The position numbers were made by a program, and so were the translations under genes. DNA of 34,052 nucleotides from a candidate division WOR-3 bacterium. GTDB taxonomy: Bacteria; Hydrothermota; Hydrothermia; LBFQ01. Where the stretch lies: positions 1-34,052 of the forward strand of contig JALUCS010000087.1 of assembly GCA_027050205.1 (NCBI GenBank), written 5' to 3'. Under the pieces are notes generated by a model, which worked only from the letters and a program-made list of their open reading frames with translations, had not been told where the DNA came from and did not search any database. The first letter of the stretch is position 1. The number at the start of each line of letters is the position of its first letter. Below are positions 26,551-33,924 of the stretch, in pieces.

Positions 26551-26638
26551 TTTTCAAAATTATAAAGCCGCATTTTCAAAAACTTAAAATGTATGTTTAA
26601 AAAATTGAAAGTATGACTTTAAGATTTTGGAACCCTAC
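26551..26638 (+). repeat. 4 x 22-bp tandem array
   Basis: TTTTCAAAATTATAAAGCCGCA / TTTTCAAAAACTTAAAATGTAT / GTTTAAAAAATTGAAAGTATGA / CTTTAAGATTTTGGAACCCTAC. Confidence 0.75.
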
Positions 26639-26836
26639 AGATCCGAACGGTGTTGGGGATTAGATGCCGTCCATCGTTTTCATTTGAAGGCGTTGGACAC
26701 AGAGCATCATTCCATAAGCGTAATACCCGGTAGCCCATCTCCTCATCAGCGAAATACCAGGACAACCCCGGTTTTTGAGGGTCCCACCGACCCATATCCG
26801 AATAGGCCCTCCCATTCCCGCACCCGCCGGGTAGGG

Positions 26837-26914
26837 TTATGTTTTAAGGAGTCGGTACCCGTACAATAGGATAACCACCCAGAAGAGGAGATAGGCGGCT
26901 ACGAGATATGCCAT
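26837..26914 (-). CDS. CcmD-like small membrane protein (25 aa)
   Basis: MAYLVAAYLLFWVVILLYGYRLLKT; ATG 1 nt after the stop of the YidD-like gene; YLxAAY...W...Y pattern; below ORF-track cutoff. Confidence 0.65.
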   Translation of the reverse strand: MAYLVAAYLLFWVVILLYGYRLLKT

Positions 26915-26915
26915 A

Positions 26916-27260
26916 CTACCTCAACAGCATCCTCGGTATCTCCCTCGCGTTCGGGGCGAAGAGTTCAAGGGTATCCACCAGCTTACCGTCCTTGGAGTCG
27001 TAGATGTACCCTGCGAGCTGATGGGAGCCGGGATTGCACCTCTGGAGCCTGTCGGCCGCCATCAGGATCCCCCACACGCCGTACTTCTCAACGGCCCTCC
27101 TCCCGTACCGTGAGCAGGTGATGGGGTGGGCGAAGTTGCACACGTCGGGCTGTATGTCGGATAGGAACAGCTGATATACCCGTATCAACGCCCACGCCAC
27201 GAGCTTGGGAGGGTTCGCAGCCACATCCGGAGGGAGCGAGAGGAGGGCCACAAGCAGCAT
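26916..27260 (-). CDS. YidD-like (membrane protein insertion efficiency factor / haemolytic domain) protein
   Basis: IRVYQLFLS...CNF...TCSRY...AVEKYG...GILMAADRLQRCNP; TGATG overlap with sdhA. Confidence 0.8.
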   Translation of the reverse strand: MLLVALLSLPPDVAANPPKLVAWALIRVYQLFLSDIQPDVCNFAHPITCSRYGRRAVEKYGVWGILMAADRLQRCNPGSHQLAGYIYDSKDGKLVDTLELFAPNAREIPRMLLR

Positions 27261-29008
27261 CAGTACTTCCTCTCTACCGGCTTCCAGTAGGTTATATTCA
27301 CGGGTATGTAGTCAAACTTAGGTGAGCCGTCCTCACCCCTGAAGGCGAGGGTGTGCTTCAGCCACTTCTCGTCGTCCCTCTTGGGGAAGTCCCTGCGGAA
27401 GTGTCCGCCCCGGCTCTCCTCACGCAGGAGGGCGCCCATAGCCACGACCTCGGCCAGCTCCAGGAGGAACTCCGTCTCCAACGTGAAGATCAGGTCCGTG
27501 TTCCAGACGAGGCTCTTGTCCTTTACACCGACGTCCTTGAACCTCTTCTTCAGCTCCTTTATCTTGTCCAGAGCCTTCTCAAGGCCGTCGCGGGTGCGGA
27601 AGACACCCACGTTGAGGTCCATTGTGCGCTGCAGCTCCTTCCTTATCTTGTAGGGACTCTCCTTGCCGTCCCGGTTGAGTATCCCCTCTATCCTCTTGAA
27701 CTCCTTCTCCGCCTCCTGCAGGACCTCCTCCTCCTTAAACTTGAACTCGTTGGCGAGGGCGTACTGGGCGGCCAGCTCTCCGGTTATGCGGCCCCATACG
27801 AGGCACTCCGCCGTGGAGTTGGAGCCGAGACGGTTGGCACCGTGGAGGGACAGACAGGCGGCCTCACCGGCCGTGAAGACGTTCTCCACCACCCTCTCAC
27901 CGTCCCACATAGCCTGTCCGTCTATGTTGGCGTGGATCCCGCCCATTGAGTAGTGGGCCACCGGCCTGACGGGTATAGGCTCCTCTATGGGGTCCACGCC
28001 GGCGAACTTTATGGCCAGCTCCCGTATGAGGGGCAGCCTCTCCAGTATCTTCGCCCTTCCGAGGTGGGTCAGGTCCAGATGTACGTAGTCAAGGCCGTCC
28101 GGTCCCTTGAAGCCTCTCCCCTCCTCTATCTCCGTCATCTCCGCACGGGAGACTATGTCCCTCGGAGCCAATTCCATCTTACTGGGGGCGTACTTCTTCA
28201 TGAACCTCTCGCCCTTGTTGTTCCGGAGGTACCCCCCTTCCCCTCTGGCTCCCTCGGTTACCAGTATCCCGGAGGGTACGAGGCCCGTAGGGTGGAACTG
28301 GATGAACTCCATATCCTTGAGGGGTATCCCCACCCTGTAGGCCATCGCCAGACCGTCCCCCGTAACGGAGTGGGAGTAGGTGGTGAAGCCGTAGAGCCTC
28401 CCGGCCCCTCCGGTCGCTATTATCAGGACCTTCCCCATTATCAGGACGGCCTCACCGTGGACGAGGTCTATGGCCGTGAGGCCAGCGAACTTCCCGTCCT
28501 TCATTATTATGTGGGTGGCGAAGACCTCGTCGTGGCGGTCGTAGTTGGAGAACTTCATCAGGGTGTCGTACAGGGTCTGCATCTCAAAGAAGCCCGTCTT
28601 GTCCTGGGCGAAGACCGTACGGAAGAAGGAGTGTCCGCCGAAGGGACGGGTGTTTATCCGGCCGTCAGACTTCCTTGACCAGGGTATCCCCCAGTGATCC
28701 AGAAGGAGGATCTCGTAGGGCATCATCTTGACGAAACGGAACACCACGTCCTGATCGGCGAGAAAGTCGCTCCCCTTTATCGTGTCCCAGGCGTGAAGTT
28801 CAAAGGAGTCTCCCTCCTCCGGCCTCAAAACGGCCGCCGTACCCCCCTCCGCACACACGGAGTGGGCGCGCATGAGCTGTACCTTGGAGACTATACCGAC
28901 CTTTACCTTGTCTCCGAACTTACGTGCAATCTCGGTAGCCGCCCTCAAACCGGCCAACCCCGCGCCGAGGATGACGACGTCGTACCTATGGACCCTTGAA
29001 ATCTTCAT
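27260..29008 (-). CDS. sdhA: Succinate dehydrogenase / fumarate reductase flavoprotein subunit
   Basis: GAGLAG, RAHSVCAEGG (covalent-FAD His), QFHPT, TEGARGEGG, HYSMGG, HGANRLGSNS, ESRGGH; TAGAAT (29018-29023) 9 nt before ATG. Confidence 0.94.
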   Translation of the reverse strand: MKISRVHRYDVVILGAGLAGLRAATEIARKFGDKVKVGIVSKVQLMRAHSVCAEGGTAAVLRPEEGDSFELHAWDTIKGSDFLADQDVVFRFVKMMPYEILLLDHWGIPWSRKSDGRINTRPFGGHSFFRTVFAQDKTGFFEMQTLYDTLMKFSNYDRHDEVFATHIIMKDGKFAGLTAIDLVHGEAVLIMGKVLIIATGGAGRLYGFTTYSHSVTGDGLAMAYRVGIPLKDMEFIQFHPTGLVPSGILVTEGARGEGGYLRNNKGERFMKKYAPSKMELAPRDIVSRAEMTEIEEGRGFKGPDGLDYVHLDLTHLGRAKILERLPLIRELAIKFAGVDPIEEPIPVRPVAHYSMGGIHANIDGQAMWDGERVVENVFTAGEAACLSLHGANRLGSNSTAECLVWGRITGELAAQYALANEFKFKEEEVLQEAEKEFKRIEGILNRDGKESPYKIRKELQRTMDLNVGVFRTRDGLEKALDKIKELKKRFKDVGVKDKSLVWNTDLIFTLETEFLLELAEVVAMGALLREESRGGHFRRDFPKRDDEKWLKHTLAFRGEDGSPKFDYIPVNITYWKPVERKY

Positions 29009-29071
29009 AGGCCTGTAATTCTACCCCTGTGGGCCGGCCTATGTGCATCCAACCGTAGAATTGGAACTTCT

Positions 29072-29707
29072 ATGCGTCGCCTCGCCCTATCGCTGGCAGT
29101 AGTGGTGTTGGGGGCTGTGGCCTTCGGATGCGGAAAGGGACTCAACTACGCCCACCGTTTCCCCTACGGTAAGGGGTACGTCCTCGTAAATCAGAACGGG
29201 GACACGGTCAAATTGGACGCCCTGAAGGGTAAGGTCCTCGTCGTCGGCTACATCTACACCCACTGCCCGGACATCTGCCCCTTCATAACCTCAAACATGA
29301 AGAAGATCCAGAAACTCGTTAACTCCGACCCCTCCTTGAAAAACAAGGTCCTCTTCGTGAGCATATCCTTTGACCCCCGCAGGGACAAACCGGAGGTCCT
29401 GAAAGAGTACGCCAGACTTTACAGGGTGGATACGTCCAACTGGATATTCTTAACGGGGGACCGCTACACCATAGACTCCCTCATGAAGGACCTCGGGATA
29501 GTGGTGGAGGTAGGTCCGATGGACATAGAGGTGAGGACGGACACGGTGGACGGGAAGGTAATAACGGACACCATATACAGCTACGAGATCGTCCATACGG
29601 ACAGGATACACGTCGTAGACCCCAAAGGCAACATCGTGGACTACTTCAAGGGGAGTGAGGCCGACCCCCGGAAGGTTCTGAAGGCGGTAAAGAAGGCGGC
29701 GGGGTAG
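29072..29707 (+). CDS. SCO1/SenC copper chaperone lipoprotein
   Basis: Lipobox-like AFG-C, YTHCPDICP, ISFDPRRD, conserved His in IVHTD; TAGAAT (29056-29061) 10 nt before ATG. Confidence 0.92.
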   Translation: MRRLALSLAVVVLGAVAFGCGKGLNYAHRFPYGKGYVLVNQNGDTVKLDALKGKVLVVGYIYTHCPDICPFITSNMKKIQKLVNSDPSLKNKVLFVSISFDPRRDKPEVLKEYARLYRVDTSNWIFLTGDRYTIDSLMKDLGIVVEVGPMDIEVRTDTVDGKVITDTIYSYEIVHTDRIHVVDPKGNIVDYFKGSEADPRKVLKAVKKAAG

Positions 29708-29794
29708 TTATCCACCTCCCATAGCCTTACCGGCGAGGGCGAGGATGAAGAGGAGTATGAAGATGGCGGCGGCGATGGAGAGGTATAGGGATCC
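29708..29794 (-). pseudogene. Start-less single-TM coding remnant (GSLYLSIAAAIFILLFILALAGKAMGGG*)
   Basis: Host-like codons, hydrophobic helix, stop abuts the SCO stop; in-frame TAG upstream and no start codon. Confidence 0.4.
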
Positions 29795-29840
29795 CTACCC
29801 GTTGTCTGGGGTTCCATTCGCCGTTTGACGGGCGGATGCA

Positions 29841-29950
29841 CTTTCAAAATCTGAAACTTGTCTTTTAATAAACTGATAATCCCTATTCAAGAAACATAAA
29901 GAACCACTTTCATAAACTGAAAGTCCGTCTTTAAAATTCCGCATTCTACG
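29841..29950 (+). repeat. 5 x 22-bp tandem array with dyad core
   Basis: CTTTCAAAATCTGAAACTTGTC / TTTTAATAAACTGATAATCCCT / ATTCAAGAAACATAAAGAACCA / CTTTCATAAACTGAAAGTCCGT / CTTTAAAATTCCGCATTCTACG. Confidence 0.8.
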
Positions 29951-30212
29951 TTTGATAAGGCCGCAGGGCAATTCTCACCCCATTAGCGTAATATCAACCG
30001 GATTTCCAAAAACGGGTAGTCGCACTTCAGGATCGTTGCAACCCTTATGGCAAGATTTTGAACGGCATCATGTTCAACTCCCTTCCGGAATCGGGTTTCG
30101 GAAGGTGCAAAGTGCAGTTGATGGAAGGCACTAATACGGGTTCAAGGTCCCGCCATCCGCATCGTTCCAACGACCCTTTGAAAGGGTAGTCACCCCATCA
30201 GCCGAATATACC
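29951..30212 (+). repeat. Modular intergenic element, copy B
   Basis: Same blocks as 22529-22818 in a different order. Confidence 0.8.
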
Positions 30213-30288
30213 AAAAATGAAGGAATTCGGACGCCGATTCTACGGCGAAAAGCGTCCGGTGAGCCTATCGGGGGTAGAATCCCGGCCT

Positions 30289-33033
30289 ATGCCCGGTCTT
30301 AAGGACTTCGCACGCAGGCTGAAGACAAAAGACGGAGATCTGACCTACTACTCCGTTCCGGACTTCCTCTCCTCCGTGGGGGTGAACCCCGACAGGGTCC
30401 CCTACTCCATAAGGGTTCTGGTGGAGAACGTCCTCCACAGCCTTGACGGCTTTCTAGTAACGGACGAGCATCTGAACATCGTCTCCAGCTGGAGGCCCCA
30501 GACGGAGCGCAAGGAGATAGCCTACATGCCCGCTCGTATCGTCCTCCAGGACTTCACGGGCGTTCCCGTCGTCGTTGATATTGCGGCCATGCGCGACGCC
30601 ATGAAGGCCCTCGGGGGAGACCCCAAACGTATAAACCCCATAAAGCAGTCCGACCTCATCATAGACCACAGCGTACAGGTGGACTACTTCGGAACCCTCT
30701 ACGCGTACATCTACAACGTGCGCCTTGAGATGGAGCGGAACCGGGAGAGGTACCAGCTCCTCAAGTGGGGCCAGCAGGCCTTCTCCAACTTCAGGGTCGT
30801 CCCTCCCGGCAAGGGCATAATCCACCAGGTGAACCTTGAGTACCTCGGCCGGGTGGTGATGGTGAGGGACGGCGTGGCCATATACGACACCCTCATAGGG
30901 ACGGACAGCCACACCACAATGATAAACGGCCTCGGAATCCTCGGCTGGGGTGTGGGCGGCATAGAGGCGGAGGCCGTGATGCTCGGCCAGCCCTACTACA
31001 TGCTCCTGCCAGAGGTCGTAGGGGTGAGGCTCGTAGGGGAGCTTCCGGAGGGGGCGACGGCCACCGACCTCGTCCTGACCATAACGGAGGCCCTTCGTAA
31101 GAAGGGGGTCGTGGGTAAGTTCGTTGAGTACTTCGGTCCCGGTCTGGCCAACCTCTCCCTCCCCGACAGGGCCACTCTCGCCAACATGTCCCCGGAGTAC
31201 GGCTCCACGGTCGGGTACTTCCCGATTGATGAGAATACCCTCGCGTACCTTAGGGGGACCGGAAGGGAGTCCGTCGTCCCGTTGGTGGAGGCCTACGTGA
31301 AGGAGCAGGGTATGTTCTGGAGTCCGGAGGCCCCGGAGCCGGAGTACACGGACGTCGTTGAGATAGACCTCTCCAAGATAGAGCCGAGCATAGCCGGACC
31401 CAAGCGTCCCCAGGACCGCATACCCCTGCGGGAGGCCAAGGAGAGGTTTCAGGTTATCCTCAAGGAGGAGTTCCACAAGGAGGACGTACCTACGGCCGAC
31501 GAGGTCATAAGACAGCTTGAAGAGTTTGAGAGTGAGGGCGGAGGACACGTCTTAACCGAGAAGGACGTCGCCCTCGTCGTTTACGAGGGGGAGGAGTTCG
31601 TCCTTAGCCACGGCTCCGTCGTCATAGCCGCCATAACCTCCTGTACCAACACGTCCAACCCCTCCGTTATGATAGGGGCGGGCCTCCTGGCAAAGAAGGC
31701 CGTTGAGTACGGCCTGCAGACCAAACCCTACGTGAAGACCAGCCTGGCGCCGGGGTCGGCCGTCGTAACGGACTACCTGACGCAGTCCGGTCTGATGCCC
31801 TACCTTGAGGCCCTCCGCTTCCACTTAGTGGGGTACGGATGTACGACGTGCATAGGGAACGCCGGACCTCTGCCGGAGCCTATTGAGAGGGCCATCAAGG
31901 AACACGACCTTGTGGTCGCCTCCGTCCTCTCCGGGAACCGGAACTTTGAGGCCCGCATCCACCCCCTCGTAAAGGCCAACTTCCTCGCCTCCCCGATGTT
32001 AGTCGTGGCCTACGCCATAGCCGGCCGCATAGACATAGACTTTGAGAAGGAGCCGATAGGGTACGACCCCAACGGCAAACCCGTCTATCTGCGGGACATA
32101 TGGCCCTCCCAGGCGGAGATTAGGGACTACATAAACCGCTACGCCCTCAAACCGGAGAACTTCAAGAGGAAGTACGCGGACATCTTCAAAGGTACGGAGG
32201 AGTGGGAGAAGTTGGACGCCCCTATGGGCGTACTCTACGACTGGGACCCCAACTCCACGTACATCCAGAGGCCTCCCTACTTTGACGACTTCAAGCTTGA
32301 GCCGGAGCCTCCAAAGGACATAATCGGGGCCTACGTCTTAGTCAGGGGTGGGGACACCGTCACCACCGACCACATCTCCCCCGCCGGCCCCATAGCCCCC
32401 GACAGCCCTGCTGGTCAGTACCTTCTGTCCAAGGGCGTCCCTCCGGAGAAGCTCCACACCTACGGCGCCCGCAGGGGTAACCACGAGGTTATGGTGCGGG
32501 GGACCTTCGCAAATGTGCGCTTCCGCAACTACCTGTTTGAGGAGGAGGTCAGGGGCTGGTGGACGATATACGTCCCCACCGGTGAGAAGATGACCACCTA
32601 CGACGCTGCTATGAGGTACAAGGCGGAGGGCCACCCCGTTATCGTCCTCGCCGGCAAGGAGTACGGCACCGGCTCCTCAAGGGACTGGGCTGCCAAGGGT
32701 CAGGCCCTGCTCGGCGTGAGGGCGGTCCTCGCCGAGTCCTTTGAGAGGATCCACAAGAGCAACCTCGTCGGTATGGGGGTCCTGCCCATCCAGTTCAAGC
32801 CCGGTGAGGGTGCGGCCACCTACGGCCTGACCGGCCATGAGAGGTACGACATCCTCGGCATAGAGGACATCTACCCCAACAAAGTCCTGAAGGTGGTCGC
32901 CCACAGGAAGGACGGAAGCAAGGTTGAGTTTGAGGCCATAGCCCGCCTTGACTCTCCCGTTGAGGTGGAGTACTACAGGCACGGCGGCATCCTACCGTAC
33001 GTCTTGAGGAAGATATACAAGGGCGAGCTGTGA
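30289..33033 (+). CDS. acnA: Aconitate hydratase A
   Basis: LQDFTGVP, DHSVQVD, GTDSHTTM, AAITSCTNTSNP, GYGCTTCIGN, SGNRNFE, TTDHISPAG, GSSRDWAAKG; start 30289 is 8 nt after TAGAAT (30275-30280). Confidence 0.97.
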   Translation: MPGLKDFARRLKTKDGDLTYYSVPDFLSSVGVNPDRVPYSIRVLVENVLHSLDGFLVTDEHLNIVSSWRPQTERKEIAYMPARIVLQDFTGVPVVVDIAAMRDAMKALGGDPKRINPIKQSDLIIDHSVQVDYFGTLYAYIYNVRLEMERNRERYQLLKWGQQAFSNFRVVPPGKGIIHQVNLEYLGRVVMVRDGVAIYDTLIGTDSHTTMINGLGILGWGVGGIEAEAVMLGQPYYMLLPEVVGVRLVGELPEGATATDLVLTITEALRKKGVVGKFVEYFGPGLANLSLPDRATLANMSPEYGSTVGYFPIDENTLAYLRGTGRESVVPLVEAYVKEQGMFWSPEAPEPEYTDVVEIDLSKIEPSIAGPKRPQDRIPLREAKERFQVILKEEFHKEDVPTADEVIRQLEEFESEGGGHVLTEKDVALVVYEGEEFVLSHGSVVIAAITSCTNTSNPSVMIGAGLLAKKAVEYGLQTKPYVKTSLAPGSAVVTDYLTQSGLMPYLEALRFHLVGYGCTTCIGNAGPLPEPIERAIKEHDLVVASVLSGNRNFEARIHPLVKANFLASPMLVVAYAIAGRIDIDFEKEPIGYDPNGKPVYLRDIWPSQAEIRDYINRYALKPENFKRKYADIFKGTEEWEKLDAPMGVLYDWDPNSTYIQRPPYFDDFKLEPEPPKDIIGAYVLVRGGDTVTTDHISPAGPIAPDSPAGQYLLSKGVPPEKLHTYGARRGNHEVMVRGTFANVRFRNYLFEEEVRGWWTIYVPTGEKMTTYDAAMRYKAEGHPVIVLAGKEYGTGSSRDWAAKGQALLGVRAVLAESFERIHKSNLVGMGVLPIQFKPGEGAATYGLTGHERYDILGIEDIYPNKVLKVVAHRKDGSKVEFEAIARLDSPVEVEYYRHGGILPYVLRKIYKGEL

Positions 33034-33034
33034 G

Positions 33035-33068
33035 GGAAGGGGGGGCCTTTCGCCCCCCTTCCTTCTTT
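33035..33068 (+). terminator. Intrinsic terminator after acnA
   Basis: GGAAGGGGGGGC-CTTTC-GCCCCCCTTCC followed by TTCTTT. Confidence 0.75.
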
Positions 33069-33132
33069 GGAGTTGTCTCCTGTTGCCTGACCGCATTTTA
33101 AACTGTATGGTAGCCCCCTTACAATTTACGGA

Positions 33133-33924
33133 ATGCGGTACTTCTCCGACTTCCTCGGTAGGTACGTCTCCGTTCCCGACAGGCCGGAGCGTATCGTATC
33201 CCTCGCCCCCAACGTAACGGATACCCTCTTCCGGATAGGGGCAGGGGACAGGGTGGTAGGCGTAAGTCTGTACTGCAACCGCCCCCGGAACCTGAACCTC
33301 CCCCGCGTAGGGTCCTACCTCAAGGTGCTGTGGGACAGGTTGGAGGCCCTGCAGCCCGACCTCGTCCTCCTGACGACGGGCGCCCAGAGGAAGGTAGCGG
33401 AGGAGGCTGCGGAGAGGGGGATACCGGTCGCCGTCGTACCCCTACCCAACTCCGTTTTCGGCATCCTTGAGAACGTACGGAGGGTGGGACTCCTCACGGA
33501 TTCCCTTGAGGGGGCGGAGGCACTGAACAGGCACCTCCTCGGAGTCCTCAACTCCCTAATTGAGAGGCCTCTATCTCTAAGAGCCTACTACGAGATAGAC
33601 CTCGGAGGTCCCATAACGGTAGGTGGCCCGTCCTACATAACCGACGCCCTCCACCTCTTGGGCGTGGAGCTCATATACGCCCACCGCCGCGAGCCTTACT
33701 TCCAGCCCAACGACTCCGAGACCGTCGGCTACGGGTTTGACGTCGTGATATACGAGATGAAACCGGGCAGGAGGTACAGGGAGGAGGACATCGTGAGGGA
33801 GGTAAGACGGAGGTTGGGAGACGTCAGGGTGGTCGTCCTAGAGGGGGATTCCCTCGCCCACTACGGCCCCTCCCTCATAGACGAGGTGCTACCGAAACTT
33901 AAGGAGAAACTGAAGTCCCTCTAA
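33133..33924 (+). CDS. BtuF/TroA-like helical-backbone metal/cobalamin-binding protein, no signal peptide
   Basis: PERIVSLAPNVTDTLF.IGAGDRVVGVS.YCN.P, LQPDLVL; TACAAT (33120-33125) 7 nt before ATG. Confidence 0.85.
   Translation: MRYFSDFLGRYVSVPDRPERIVSLAPNVTDTLFRIGAGDRVVGVSLYCNRPRNLNLPRVGSYLKVLWDRLEALQPDLVLLTTGAQRKVAEEAAERGIPVAVVPLPNSVFGILENVRRVGLLTDSLEGAEALNRHLLGVLNSLIERPLSLRAYYEIDLGGPITVGGPSYITDALHLLGVELIYAHRREPYFQPNDSETVGYGFDVVIYEMKPGRRYREEDIVREVRRRLGDVRVVVLEGDSLAHYGPSLIDEVLPKLKEKLKSL

Noticed and set aside
26025..26869. ORFs 26025-26426, 26214-26579 and 26627-26869
   Set aside because: Atypical composition, mutually overlapping, no TANAAT-start signature; the region is explained by the repeat family
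29841..29950. CRISPR array interpretation of the 22-bp repeats
   Set aside because: Units are contiguous and degenerate with no 30-40 nt unique spacers; no cas genes in the window
30217..30288. 24-aa N-terminal extension of AcnA
   Set aside because: TAGAAT 8 nt before the in-frame ATG 30289 indicates the shorter start
33034..33132. Cobalamin riboswitch before the BtuF-like gene
   Set aside because: Only ~100 bp, occupied by a terminator and a -10 box next to the ATG; no B12-box seen
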